Assembly (NCBI GenBank): GCA_015680685.1
Contig: MNCI01002555.1
Location: 127,337-191,336, forward strand
Direction: 5' to 3'
DNA length: 64,000 nt
Source: Gnetum montanum
Lineage: Eukaryota; Plantae; Gnetophyta
Part shown: one piece after another, positions 1 through 13,486 of the stretch
How positions within the stretch are numbered: the first letter of the stretch is position 1
Layout: each line of letters begins with the position of its first letter
Notes under the pieces: model-generated
Seen by the model: the letters and a program-made list of their open reading frames with translations, nothing else
Databases searched by the model: none
What the model was told of the DNA's origin: nothing
Translations under genes and position numbers: made by a program

Positions 1-200
1 TGCGTAAAGTGCACAGTAATTACTAGTTTAAGGCCGTTGCGGGCCAACGCGTAAAGTGCACAGTAATTACTAGTTTAAGGCCGTTGCGGGCCAACGCGTA
101 AAGTGCATAGTAATTACTAGTTTAAGGCCGTTGCGGGCCAACGCGTAAAGTGCACAGTAATTACTAGTTTAAGGCCGTTGCGAGCCAACGCGTAAAGTGT
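1..200 (-). repeat. 47-bp tandem array (~4 copies) downstream of the gag-PR stop
   Basis: Unit gcgtaaagtgcacagtaattactagtttaaggccgttgcgggccaac recurs at 2, 49, 96 and 143. The minus strand contains GGCC-CGCAAC-GGCC-TTAAACTAG. Confidence 0.95.
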
Positions 201-373
201 AAGTAAATGTAACCCTGGATACATACGTAAAGAAATGAGGATGCGTATGATAACATATGCAAAGACAAAAATGCAAAGCGTAAACACAGAAGGCAAATGC
301 TGCATAAAAGCACACCAACATAAAGGAAACGATTGATTGCTAACTTACATGAGCGCTCGCTGGAGAGCTTCGT

Positions 374-3300
374 TCAGCCGTCAGTACGCAACTGCCTTTT
401 AGCGGCTTTTATGTTAACTGCTGCGTAAGGGCGAGGAGGTTTGTAGTTCGACTCCTCTACGCTGTCATCCGAAAATGGCAGGTCAGCCCAGACTAAACCG
501 TTAGCATTCTCATTGTTCTGTTCAGGGACTTGGAGAGAAGGCTGATCATCAGCCGTTTCGATCTCTGAACCCCACTCTTCCTCAATGTTACTAACGGTCC
601 TGGGAGTGATCTCGTCGCCGCGTATGATAACCTCCCCCCCAGCGTAAGGCAGGTGTATCTCCTGATGGATAGGCGACGAGACCGCCCTCAGCTGAGCTAA
701 CCACGACCTACCTAGGATCAAGTTGAAACCTGGCATCTCCTCGATGACTAGAAATGTGGCTTCCGTGGGGAATTGATTCCCCGCCACAAACTCAATTCGC
801 ACCGTCCCCTTGACTTGAACCCGTGCTCCATTGAAGGATTTCACGCAGGCTGTCGTCGTGGGAGTGATCTGGTCGACCAAACCCAACCTATCCATGATGG
901 AATAGGGGATGACATTAGCAGCCGCACCATCATCCACATGCACCCTCCGGATCCGGTACTGGCCGACCCGAATGGTGATGAACATAGGGTCCGTTGTCAC
1001 ATCACCCTTTTCTGGATCATCTTTAACAGACTCGTCCAGAAAGGTCAATGAGGTGGGCTTGGGTTTTTCAACTTCAGAAGGAAACATAATGGCGTGTATT
1101 GCTTCCTCTTCTGCTGGCAGGCTGGCATCCACTGATATGGACGTCAGCATGCGTACCATAGCCTCGCGGTGTTCTCGAGAAGTCATCAAGAGGTCATACA
1201 AGCTCAGCGTCATGTTCTTTTGCTTGAGAGCTTGTTTAACCTGCGTGAACGCATCGAGGAGGTCCTTCTCCTGGTAGGTTGGTTTATCCCCCTTACTCTC
1301 CTCTATCTGACCTAAGAGACGGATCTCTCGAGGCAGGGCGGTGTCAGAAGAGGGGTTGTTCGTCTTCCTACCAGAAGAAGGTGGCTACGTTCCTGTGCCT
1401 GTGGCATGCTTCTGGGGCATGGTCATGGGCACAGAGGCCAGGGGCCTAGGCTTTGGGAAGCCAAGCGTGGAGCTGTCTTTTGTTGCATTAGATTCAGTAC
1501 TTTCCTCCTTCCGCTTAGGAGGCGATGCCTGATAGTGCTGTTTGGAGGTCTGCCCCTGCGTGAGAGGAGCAGCCTATGGTCGGGGCGCCCTAATGATGAA
1601 GGGCACTCTCGGTGTGGGCGCAGACAAAGCTGCGGCTTGGGCAGTAGCATGTGACTGAGGCCATACCTGAGAAGGCGCTCGTATAATGAACGGTGGCCGT
1701 GAGACCCCACCTGCTGCCGAAGAAGTAGTTGCCCCCCTTTGTGAGCTGGTGGGCACACGCAAAACGAAAGGTTGTTTTGGCGGACCTTTACGCTCACCGT
1801 CCGTACTCACCACAGTGATTGTAAAAGGATTGTAATTTGCGTTTAACGGATCCTTATATATATGTAATGTCTGGTTTTCTGGACGTGTTGGGTTACTGCT
1901 GTCTAGTTTCAGATGACCTTCGTCGATCATGCGTTGAATATCATCTTTCAACGCCCAGGAGTAATCCGTGTCGTGACCACACATCTGGTGGTAGTCCCAG
2001 AAACGATCCAGCCTGAAAGATCTCGGAACTACCGGTTCGTTAGGCAAAGCTAAAGAGGGGTCCTTCAGCAATTCACAATTACGTCTGTGACGCTGCAGGG
2101 CCTCCTCGGACACTTTCTTAGGTTGAATGTGTCCTGCTGCCAATAGTTGTTTTAGCAGTTCGGAATGTTTCACTGGGAGGGCCGCATATTTTGAGCGGTC
2201 TTTACGCTCAAAATTCGGCTTCAGCTGGGGGGCCTGTTCAGGGGCAGCCGTGGCCTGGCTGGTGCCGGCACTAGCCGTGGCCTCGGGCGGTGCTGTTGCT
2301 GGAGATTTCTTGTTTTTTTTCTTGGCATTCTCAGTCAATGCCGCTACAGTAGTGATCGCTGCCTTACCTTTGTCCTTAGCCTTGTTGTGCATGTTCTTGT
2401 AAGCGATGTACGCCGGGTCTCTGCTAGCCTCCGCAGCATCTTGGATGCTCCGGACCTGGGCGAAGGCCTGACGTATGTCTCCAGGGGAAAGATAATACAG
2501 CTTGGACTTGATAAAGTCGTTGACTGCTCCCTTGAATATGGCCAACAGGTGGGAGTCCGCGATCGGGTCACGGATCTCATTCAAGGTAGCGTTCCAACGC
2601 TGTATGAACTTTTGGACTGGCTCGAGCGGGTCCTGTTTCACCCCCATAAGCTACTCCAATGTGACTTCCGACTTCATGTTGTATTTGAATCGGGTCACAA
2701 ATTGAGTCAGCAGCTCTTCCAAGGTTGTAATGGAAGAGCGTGGGAGAGCTCTGTACCAGTCTAAAGCCTTCCCTGTTAACGACATCGCAAAGACTCTGAC
2801 CAAAGTATGCGGCCACTGTTGCAACAACAAGGATTCGGATCTAAAGGTGGCCAGGTGAGTGTTGGGATCCCCCTCCCGATTATACTTGGTAAAGTGCAGG
2901 AGGGACATCCCTGACGGCAACGACAACACAGGGACCGCTGGATTAATCGGATCATCTTGATAGAAATCCGTGATTTGAATGGTGTCAGATCCAGCGGTCT
3001 TGAGGCGTCGCACTTCCTCAGTAAGCGTCTGGATAAGCTGGAACGCTTGGTCCAGACCTGTTAAGGGAGGTGTCTGTGCAGCAGGCATAGGAGCAGGGGG
3101 TGGGACTGGGTGAACAGCCCCAGGAAACTGAAACGCAGGAGGTGGTTGGCTAACCGCTGGTGGAGCAGGGATTCGTGCAGGCTGGGAGACCTGCAAAGGT
3201 CCCCACCCACCAGTTTGGGTCGCGGGGTTAACTACTGCCTGCTGCGGGGCGTAATGATAAGTGTAACGAGGAAGCACCCGTGAAAATTGCGCCGCTGGTG

Positions 3301-3784
3301 CTGGCGGGGGTTGTGCATTGTGAACTGTGTTCATTTTCTGTTGTGTTGCAGGATTGGCCCAGTGACTCGCCGCAGGGTACGGGACAAAAATTTGTGGGGG
3401 CACGGTTGCGGTATGCAGCGGGGGCGGGAACACTCCGGGACGAGTTGATGGTATAGTGTGAGTTCGCACGTGAGGGATGAGATGGGGGACGGTAGCCATC
3501 GGGCTGACCGCCGGAATGCTAATTATGTGCTGCGACGGGATCACCTCTGCGTTATGCTGCAGCTGCATTTGCAACCTAGAAGGCTGTGCGCTTGCCTGTT
3601 GCGACCCAGACGGCTGCGCATTGGCCTGAGGGGGAACAGGGATGTGCGTCTGCGTGGTCATGGCTGAGTCCAGAGAAGCCGCTTCTCCGTTGAAAGGGAA
3701 CAACGGATTCACGTATGTGTGAGGCGTCAAGGTATGGAACGAATGTTCCGACATGGCCGCAAATTCGTCCTCTGCTTCTGCTTC
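374..3784 (-). pseudogene. gag: Gag-aspartic protease polyprotein of element A (one frame, three in-frame TAG stops)
   Basis: ORFs 2651-3754, 1574-2647 and 374-1213 share one frame, broken by TAG at 2651, 1574 and 1385. Gag motifs KYNREGDPNTHL and SLTGKALDWY, a degenerate Tat-type zinc knuckle YHQMCGHDT, and protease motifs VHVDDGAAANV and FNLILGRSWL are present. Confidence 0.9.
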
Positions 3785-4763
3785 NNNNNNNNNNNNNNNN
3801 NNNNNNNNNNNNNNNNNNNNNNNNNNNNNNNNNNNNNNNNNNNNNNNNNNNNNNNNNNNNNNNNNNNNNNNNNNNNNNNNNNNNNNNNNNNNNNNNNNNN
3901 NNNNNNNNNNNNNNNNNNNNNNNNNNNNNNNNNNNNNNNNNNNNNNNNNNNNNNNNNNNNNNNNNNNNNNNNNNNNNNNNNNNNNNNNNNNNNNNNNNNN
4001 NNNNNNNNNNNNNNNNNNNNNNNNNNNNNNNNNNNNNNNNNNNNNNNNNNNNNNNNNNNNNNNNNNNNNNNNNNNNNNNNNNNNNNNNNNNNNNNNNNNN
4101 NNNNNNNNNNNNNNNNNNNNNNNNNNNNNNNNNNNNNNNNNNNNNNNNNNNNNNNNNNNNNNNNNNNNNNNNNNNNNNNNNNNNNNNNNNNNNNNNNNNN
4201 NNNNNNNNNNNNNNNNNNNNNNNNNNNNNNNNNNNNNNNNNNNNNNNNNNNNNNNNNNNNNNNNNNNNNNNNNNNNNNNNNNNNNNNNNNNNNNNNNNNN
4301 NNNNNNNNNNNNNNNNNNNNNNNNNNNNNNNNNNNNNNNNNNNNNNNNNNNNNNNNNNNNNNNNNNNNNNNNNNNNNNNNNNNNNNNNNNNNNNNNNNNN
4401 NNNNNNNNNNNNNNNNNNNNNNNNNNNNNNNNNNNNNNNNNNNNNNNNNNNNNNNNNNNNNNNNNNNNNNNNNNNNNNNNNNNNNNNNNNNNNNNNNNNN
4501 NNNNNNNNNNNNNNNNNNNNNNNNNNNNNNNNNNNNNNNNNNNNNNNNNNNNNNNNNNNNNNNNNNNNNNNNNNNNNNNNNNNNNNNNNNNNNNNNNNNN
4601 NNNNNNNNNNNNNNNNNNNNNNNNNNNNNNNNNNNNNNNNNNNNNNNNNNNNNNNNNNNNNNNNNNNNNNNNNNNNNNNNNNNNNNNNNNNNNNNNNNNN
4701 NNNNNNNNNNNNNNNNNNNNNNNNNNNNNNNNNNNNNNNNNNNNNNNNNNNNNNNNNNNNNNN
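3785..4763. other. Assembly gap (N run) covering the U5/PBS/5' leader of element A
   Basis: Run of N. Confidence 1.
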
Positions 4764-5963
4764 TGCAGGAATGGTCAAGCTCTGAAGTCTGTCGATCTTT
4801 TGAACGATAGAACCTGCTAACTGGGCGAGACGACTCTGCGATTCCTGTTCTGCTTCCTTGCCTCAGGTGAATCTGCTGTTAGGGCTCAGGCGTGCTGTGC
4901 TCTGTTTCTGCTAAAGGATGGTGTCTGCAGCGATTACCAAAAGGTTTCTCTTGTTTCTCTGTTCAAGGTGATAAGTGTTCCCTTGCTCAGAAAATGCTCT
5001 TGTCCTCTTGATCTGCTGCCAACAAAAAGCGATAAGTGCTCTGGTGCTCTGGTTTGTTCACTTCTCCCCTCGCCAACTCCCCGAATCTCCTCCTTTCCTT
5101 TTTTTGTATAGTTGTCAGCCGGGGCATTTATAGGCCGCGACACGCGCAACCCTGATGATGTGGGCCCGAATGTCGCGGATCCTGTTGACGCGATTCTTTT
5201 AAGTCGAACTGCGACTACGCACAACACGCTCCTTTGCGTGCTGTGCGTGTAAAAAGCAGGCCCATGATAGGCGTGTCTCGACTGCGTTTGCGCTCATTCG
5301 CATTGTGTTGCGTGTATGAGCGTACTGATGCAAAAACAATGAGCTTAAGATTCGTTTTACGCTCACCACGCAGCTGTGCGTGGCAAAGCGTAAATGTAAC
5401 GTACGCTTACTACGCAGCAGTGCGTGGTGAAGCGTAAACAAAGTATTACTTACGTTCATCACACAACCGCGCGTGATAAAGCGTAAATAATGCATAACTT
5501 ACGCTTACCACGCAGCGGCGCGTGGTGGAGCGTAAGGAGCGTGCAACCTGAATTATGACCCACGCACTGGTACGCACCGCTGCGTAACGAGCGTAAAGGC
5601 TACTTATGTATACGCCGCAAGAAAAAGTGCCAACCCGTCGTGCCTCTCTGGAATTTTGCCTTCAACTGTTTTGGAGCTTGTTACGCTCATTACGCTGCCG
5701 TGCGTGATGGAGCGTAAACTTGTCCTTGAACAAATTTGTCTTTAATTGTCTTGGAGCCTATTACGCTCATTACGTTGCCGTGCGTGATGGAGCGTAAACT
5801 TGTCCTTGAACAAATTCGTCTTTAACTGTTTTGAAGCTTGTTACGCTCACTACGCTGCCGTGCGTGATGGAGCTTAAACTTGTCCTTAGACAGATTTGAG
5901 GCGCGTTCTTGCTCGGATTACGAATCTTCGCCTGAGGCGACCCGTAATTTTCACGGTGTTTCA
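4764..5963 (-). repeat. 5' LTR of element A (3' part lost in the gap)
   Basis: TGAAACACC start; TATA-like CCTATAAATG on the minus strand at ~5125-5134; ~80-bp subrepeats at ~5680, 5760 and 5840; dense TTACGCT/AGCGTAA motifs. Confidence 0.85.
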
Positions 5964-7888
5964 GGCATAGCTTACAACAAAGCAGTATGTTCATAGCTCC
6001 TTAAACTGCTATTGATAACTTGCTAATAGGGACCTTCTGCTTGCCAATCTCTTTGCCAAAGCTAATCACCAGAGAGCCAAAGTGCTAAAATGCTAGTCGC
6101 TAGAGAGCCAAGTGCCAAAGCCAGAAAATGCAAGAAGCCAACCTTAAAGCCAACCACTGGAAAGATGATCCCAAAAGCCAACCATGCCAAAAGCCAACCA
6201 CACTAAAAAAAAATCCAACCCCTTGAATGTTGTCCATTGGGGTATTTATAGAGTTAGGAGTAAGAGAAAAATGTGGTTTGGATGCCACATGTCCTGGGTC
6301 CCACACGGTGCAAACGTGATTGTGTTATGTTGCTGTGTAATGCTAGATGTGCAACCTGCTATGCTATGACCATACTATTCAAGTTGCATGTGCCAGAATC
6401 TAGTGAACTACCATGTTTGTTGTAGGGAATGCAAATAGTGAATGAAAAGTGGAGCCTGTGCTCTAGGACTACGTCTTCCCTACTTTGGCGAGCAAGGTCA
6501 AGCATAGGAACAACTTTGGGGATAGTCAAGGGGTGTAAAACAAAAAAACTTGCTAATTTTGTCCATTGAAGAGATGCTAGGATGAGAGTAACTATTGCCA
6601 ACAAGTTTTAGAGCTAACTAGAGACATCTTGATGCTTTCACGTGGGTGTTACGCCATTTACGTTGCCTAGTGCATCGACATAGTGTAAACACCTGCATGC
6701 TACGCTGTACTACGATGCGTAGTGTAGTCGCCAGTCTTGAAAGAAATCTTGCCTAAAAGCCAAGAATACCTATTTGAGGCCTAGCTAGGCAAGCAACTGC
6801 AATCCTGTATTTCATGTTGAAAGGTCCTAGGATCTACGAAGTTCATCCTTGGGACACTTTTGTGCTTTGTGTCCTTGCTATGCTGCGTAGTGTAGCACAA
6901 TGTAGCAACCAATGTGACATGAATTCCTATTCAATATGCAATGCTTTGTTGAGAAATTTTGCTTAGGGCTCAAGGGGAAAAGTGGAATAGGTAGTATTGG
7001 AGGTCTGAATGTGGCCAAGTGAAATCCCTTTACTAGGAACCACTTGGTAGGAAACTTTTGTTCATTTTGACCCTTCTATGCTGTGCTACACTGCGTAGGG
7101 TAGCACAACATAGCACGAAATTTGGCTCAACTTCTGACATACTTTGCAATTAGAATGTCAATCATGTCCTGGTGTGGCAACAGAGCAAACCTATTTGATG
7201 GTTGAAGCATGGGAAAATATGCTTACTCCATTAGAGCCATCTGAGTAGGAGTATGGTCAAAGTGCATCCCTGCTACACTGTGCTATGCTACGTAGCATAG
7301 CACAGCGTAGCACTCAAGTTGATATGATTTCCAATAAAATTTGCCATATTTTACTACGTTGTGTTGCTCATGCATAAAGGATGAAGTGGGGCAGATATCC
7401 CAAAGGATTGAGTCATTATCAATTCCATCTTTGGTGCCTGTTCAGTCTCCTCAAGGCCTACTACACTATGTAGCATAGCATAGCGTAGCAAGTCTCGTAG
7501 TTAGAAAACTTGCTGAACTATTTCACTCATCCTGAACACCTTTGGCAACTCCTAGCATGGTCCCTAGGTAGACCCTTAGCCAGATCAAGTGTCAAGTTTG
7601 GCAATCTAGAGGGTGTAACAAGCTTGTTAGCCCGGGGGGTTGGAAATTTTGCTAGACTATTTGGTCTACCCCTAGTACCTTTTTCATGCAAACTGGCCTT
7701 GTGGTTGGGTGCCACATTGACTGTGCTACAAAGGACGGTAGGCAAGCTTGGAAGCAACTTTGTAGGTGTTAGAACTTCTAGGGTGCCATGTCATCTGCAC
7801 GGTCCATAATGACATCATGCTTGCAGAGATCCTTGCCAAAATTTTGGGACTGCTGAATCATGAGAGTCCCAAAATTTATGGTGTTTCA
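5964..7888 (-). mobile_element. Older related LTR A' (5' or solo LTR) interrupted by element A
   Basis: The minus strand starts TGAAACACCATAAATTTT at 7888; TATA-like CTCTATAAATACC at ~6241-6253; no PPT upstream; CTACGCT-type palindromic subrepeats. Confidence 0.75.
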
Positions 7889-8120
7889 ATGTGCAAAAAG
7901 AAAATCAAACAATGAGCCTATAAAAAAGGGTTGCTACATCAATGTTATAGGACAACCACTAAAAGGAAGACTTAAGGAGAAATGAGAAAAAAATAATTGA
8001 AGATGATTTAAAGAAACTACAAATAAATAAATAACTAGCTCTTTATAGATATGAATGGAAGAAAAGAACTCATGTAGTTGATCCCATTTTGTTAAGATAA
8101 AGCTAGGAAGATGATGAGTA
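7889..8120 (+). mobile_element. 3' end of an RTE-clade LINE (degenerate)
   Basis: Translates RKSNNEPIKK...GQPLKGRLKEK*...IEDDLKKLQINK*LALYRYEWKKRTHVVDP, like the RTE C-terminus (RGRPKxTW...DRxEWRxRIHVADP). It is followed by a GATAAAGC 3' end and a short GAT tail. Confidence 0.7.
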
Positions 8121-8659
8121 TTTTTCTTTAAAAAAGTAGCATTTCGTGCTCTTAGTAATATTTTTTTCTTATACCAAGTTAAAGAGAAGTTATTGGAATA
8201 GTAACTTTGATTATATTTACATCAAACCATATAGATAATATAATATTTTGGTATACTTTAATAGAAACGTAACAATTTTCTTAACCACTATTGATCCTTC
8301 TAGGATTTCACTTAGTGGGTTTAGCATTGTGGCTTCACATGATGATCTTTTTTTCTTAGTTGAAACTTATAACTTGTTATAATAAAAGCAAAGAGCATAC
8401 TAGCTAAGCTATGTTGTTGACTACAAAATTTTTAAAAAGATAAATTGTTTCTTATATAATAAAAATTAATGATAATATTAGTTAAGATGTTTAATTTTGC
8501 ACAAATAATAGTTAATGATAGGTGACTCAAGTGGTTATCTCATTTCTTTTTTAGGTAAGAGGTTACTAGTTCAAATTATACTCACCAATTACGTGCTCAT
8601 TGGCCACATTTATGACATTCCATAGTTAGTATCCTAGTGAAGCTCTTACATTTTATTCA

Positions 8660-11400
8660 TTTCATAGTTAGAATAATTTCTAAGTGCCTGTAGTAGGAGT
8701 GAGAAGTATATGGATCTTTATTTGAACATTGATGTACCTGAGCTTCTCGGTGTGACTTGCAATAAAGACAAGCTTTCTTTACAAACTTTGCAACATTTGG
8801 AATTAGCTTAATGTTTACTTAATGTATTTATTATTTGAGAAATTTACTTTAATGCATTGAATTAATTAATTAGATAGTTATTAATTAATACACATAAGTA
8901 CAACCATTTTGAGCATACATTAACATTTGGTAATCTCAGTAGCACCTAATACTTGGTAATCAAGTAACATTATAACATGGTTCAAGAAGTGTATGGTAAA
9001 TGGGAATGGATGCTTATGTTAGGATTAGTTAAGATATTAGTTAGTTACTAGATTAATTAAACATTTAATTTTATTATTTCTAGTACTTAGGCAAATTAAG
9101 CAAAAAAAAAAATATAAAATGATAAAAATCATATGCCTTAGTTATACTTAACCACACACTTACACTTCACAAGTGGAACTGAGAAGATAATGATCGCATT
9201 TGTTAGATTCAATACATAGACCCAGTGTACTTAGAGACCTATAGTCTATGAAATTCAACTAAATTGCTTAGTGAATGCTAGTAGTTTGTATGGTTGGGTG
9301 TAGGGATTACTCGCTGTTCATCATCAACTTTGAGCATAAATAAATTATCATTTGGTAATTCTAGTAGTATTGATACTTGGTATACCTAGCATTGCACACT
9401 TGGTAACCCTGCAATAATAGTGTAAGTTTAGGATGTGTATGACAAGTTGTGAATGACTACTCATCCCGTAGGTTAGAAAATGCTTTAATTTCTGCAATTA
9501 GGTAAATTAGATTAAATATTACTAATTTAATATGACCAAGCAACATTAATGATCATATACCTTAGTTACAATTAATTATATGGATTAAGTCCAATACAAG
9601 TATAAACAGGAAGATAATGATCTACAATCATGTTTAATGATCTAGGTACTTTACTAGTCTAATTCATGGATTATGATAATATCACATGTAATGTCCATGA
9701 TTTGTATGATTGGATGTAAGGGATATTTGCCACTCATCATTAGTACCATTTCCTAGGAATGGTGCTAGTAATTTAGATTAGCTTAAATTATTTACAATTA
9801 TTGTTATGAATCAATGATTAATCACTTAATTAATTATATTATTTTATTAAGGTACATATAGTAATTTAAAGTATCTTATTCTTGTAGAGTCAATTCCCCA
9901 AACTTGTTAATAATTCTATCATGGGACATGATAGAACAACCATAAATAAGGATGATGTGTCCTATCAAGTCAAAATGCTCTACTAGAATTTAGATTCTTA
10001 TTATTTGGACTTTATCTTTATCCTTCACTAGGGTGAATGAACGTAATGGAGGGACCTAGATGATAACATTATGTTACTACTTGATCATTTAGCTTCATTA
10101 ATGCTCATGAAAATGTTGATGAAAGTTGGAGTAGAAGTGATTACTATTGACTATAAAATAGTTGATGAAATTTCTAGGCCCTACCAATCCACTAAAGTCC
10201 AACTTTGAAAGAAAATTTCATGCAAACTTACCATGAAGCAGAAAAGGAAAAGATAGTTACCATTTTGTTAACTTCATAGTTAGAATAGGAGGATACAAAT
10301 TATTACTCGTGAGGATCCAATCATTAAATCCTTCTTTATTTAATACTTATGACATGATAAACTTGTGGTTGCATTCAACTTTAACAATCAACCATGAAAA
10401 AACAGGAACATGATTTAATAACAAGACAACCTCTAGGCATAACTTTTTTGGTTATTCATCAAAGGATAAACAAAGGGATCATGGTAGGAGAGCAAGATAG
10501 CATGGATTTCCAGATTTTTCATCATTCTCATCATCCTCATCATCAAGCTTTGAAAATGATGAGCATGGACAAGGAAGAAAGGACAATGATAGATGCTTCA
10601 ATTAAAATGATGGAAGAGATCAGGATAGAAATGAAGGCAGTAATAGTAGATGTGATAGGGATAGAGACTAAGATAGAGGGTATAGAAATGAGAGAAGACA
10701 TAGCAAGAACCACAGAAGGAGTCATGGTTACAACAATAATCATGATGAATGATATGGTTATGATGAATCCTTATTTACTTCTAGGAGTATGATTAATCTT
10801 AATAAGGCTATTTATATTCCAACCAAGCATTAGAGGAACAAACAAATCAAAGGACTTGACATGAATAAAAAGCCTAAATTTGATGGAGGCTACAATGTTA
10901 ATCTACAACATTTCTTGCAATTATTCTAGGATGCTTATGCCTTACAAAATATCGGTAATGATTGGTATAAGCTCAAATTATTTCCCAGGACACTCATTAA
11001 GGAAGTGGAGAGATGGTATCGATCCTTGGAGCTAGAATTTATCAGGAGATGGAGTATGATGTTGGAGTTGTTCAGTGACAAGTATTAAACATACTCTAGA
11101 GTGTTCAATTTAAGAAAAAAAATTTAAGGATGGAAGTAGGGCAACCATGAATCTTTTGATGCAGCCTTGAGTAGGTACTATTCCTTGTTGTACAAATGCA
11201 TAGGCCATGGATTTTCTCAAATAGAATAGTTGAGGCATATCATAGATGGGCTTATAAATAACATAAGAGAGACTCTTGGGATCTATTCCTAAGGAAGAAT
11301 TTCAAAAATTAGGGCTCATTAGAACCAAAGACTAATTGATCATATTACAAAAGTGGAAGAAGAGTTAAAGAAGAGAGAGTGCATACAAGTACAATTGTCA
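8660..11400 (+). mobile_element. Degenerate Athila-like gypsy remnant (probable LTR portion plus gag)
   Basis: Clear retrotransposon gag at 10861-11253. The upstream AT-rich segment 8670-8870 is homologous to the inverted fragment at 13740-13940. Confidence 0.55.
10861..11253 (+). pseudogene. gag: Retrotransposon gag fragment (Athila-like)
   Basis: PKFDGGYNVNLQHFLQLF*...KLKLFPRTLIKEVERWYRSL...ESFDAALSRYYSLLYKCIGHGF...IDGL, with several stops. Confidence 0.8.
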
Positions 11401-12954
11401 CACCTTAAAATTAACCATAGATAATTTATAAAAATAACTTAAGGGACATGATTAAATTCCTTAGAAATGTATATATTATATATGTAAAACTTAAAATCTA
11501 GAATTAAATTATTAGATAGCCATAAATCACCAAGTATGAACATTAATAACCAATAGCATACTTGAGCAAACCATAGAGAATAAATTATTTAACAAAATCT
11601 ATACAATGTTACATCAACATCCTAAGTACAAAAATTCAATGTATAAGTTATAAGAAATACATAAGACAACCATGTGAGCCAGTTTACAAATCCATGACAT
11701 AGCTCAAAAGTATATGTTAAAATTCTTTGACTGCAAAACATCCTTGATCACCTGTGCTCTTGTAGTGCACTACAATGTAGCATTCCCATTAAAACCTAGA
11801 AACTCCATCTAAGCCTCATAAATAAAATATACATGAACAATATGTAGGAAGTGTTAAAACATCTTTCTCATAGAGGAAACCACCTAGATGCCTCTTGGAA
11901 CAAGCTGGAAGATGAGACCCACATTGCAAAGTACACTATTAGAACTAACAACAATTACAATTAACTTAATCGTTAATAGAGTCCATTAACTTAATCATTA
12001 ATGTATTGGTTAATACATTACCTTTATTTTTAATGCATAAGTTATCATGTTAACTTTGCCATTAATGCATAGTTACATATTAAATTAGGATTTTCATTAC
12101 TAATGATATTTAGTGAGTTATCATATAAAATGTTAAAATAACTACAAGGTTGATGCTAAGTTAAATGAGGCATTAATAACTATTTGGTGTAATACCTTAC
12201 CTATCTAGGCTAGCCCTCATGCAAGATAAGACCAACTATTGGGTTAGAAATCATCATGCATGCCTGGATTAATTATTGGATTACATTATGACTAGTATCA
12301 ATCTTATAGCTACCCTAAGTTCTTATCTCCTCACTATCACCTATGGTTTTTTTATCTAGGTTGCATGTCACTAAGTTGATAGAATCCTTTAAATCAAATT
12401 CACCATAACAAGATTAGTAGGTAGCATAGCTTTATAAAATCCTCTAAATTAACTATACCATGATAAGGACCTACTTGTTTCTACATCAATAACCTTTTTT
12501 TTTTGCATTTTTTTGTTAATTAAAAAACTCTAGAGGTTATATTTCCTAGCTTTATAATATGATAAATGTGTCCACACATGTATGGAAATATCAAGTAGTT
12601 GTTGCCAGTGATGTTAAATGTCATGCACATGTTTCCACTCTAGAAAATGTGTTGGCAATATGTTGCAAATTTTATCTTGTCCTAGTTTGTGATGTACCTA
12701 GAAATTGCCACTGTCACTACTATTAGAGGACATGAAAAATATAGAAGGAGAAGTAAAGACACAAAGTAGATAACTATGAAAATTGTGAATTATGAGAAGA
12801 TCAATAAGCCATGATTAGATCAAAAATAGATAAGAAGGATTAGATCAATAATATAACCAAGAGCAAAGTATAAGGTAAGCAGGTTCAAAATGGAAAATTT
12901 GCTCACAAAAATTGATAGAAGAAAGAACATTTCCTTTACCTTTGTGAATTCATG

Positions 12955-13486
12955 ATGTTGCTCTAATTGGCGATCCTAGAGACATTGTGCTTCAGTGGGA
13001 TGATAATCCCTGGAATCACTATCTTGCACAACATACTTAGCATGATGTTCCTAAAGACCTAGATGGATAAGTGCTTGGTAAAGCATTGCAAGAATAGATC
13101 GATCAGGTGGCAACATAATGTTATCCTTCATATCACACCATCGTAGCTATTCATCCTGATGTAGGATGAAGGAGAAATTGGGTATATACTCATCAATAAG
13201 AGCATATACGATTCAATATTGCTGAGGCATTGGCTGATGAACTCCATTAGGCTTGGGCACAAAAGTACTCCTATGAGAAGAAGGCATTTCAATTAGATGA
13301 TAAAAGCATAGTGTGCTTTAAAAGTTTTGAATCACTAAGTGTTCACATGTGATCTAGTTGAATTTTGTGAACCTATAGTTCTCTAGTACATTAGTTCCTC
13401 TAGAAAGTGAAATGGGCATTAAGAATGTTCGTTGTCTTCCCAACTACACTTGTGAAGCTCAAGGGTATGGTTTAAGTGTAATTGAG
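12955..13486 (+). pseudogene. Degenerate ORF, possibly a retroelement accessory (ORF2-like) gene
   Basis: One frame is protein-like, with scattered stops consistent with C>T decay (…RFNIAEALADELH*AWAQKY…). It ends at a putative donor GAG|GTACAT. Confidence 0.35.

Larger units (their letters stand above)
1..5963 (-). mobile_element. Tat-type Ty3/gypsy LTR retrotransposon A, young copy (5' LTR, gag-protease, start of spacer; continues off the left edge)
   Basis: The minus strand starts TGAAACACCG at 5963, as in the other family LTRs. gag-PR is homologous to B and D. The sequence is CpG-rich with little decay. Confidence 0.9.

Noticed and set aside
1-200. Known self-cleaving ribozyme (hammerhead/pistol) in the TTAAAC repeats
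   Set aside because: No CUGAnGA/GAAA hammerhead core and no pistol pseudoknot pairing found; only a short hairpin is supported.
3576-4820. Long ORFs spanning X residues
   Set aside because: Artefacts of the N gap.
8515-8600. tRNA gene
   Set aside because: Only degenerate A/B-box-like sequence with no cloverleaf; at most an old SINE head.
10394-10792. 132-aa Met/Ile-rich ORF
   Set aside because: Probably an off-frame reading of low-complexity sequence upstream of the decayed gag.
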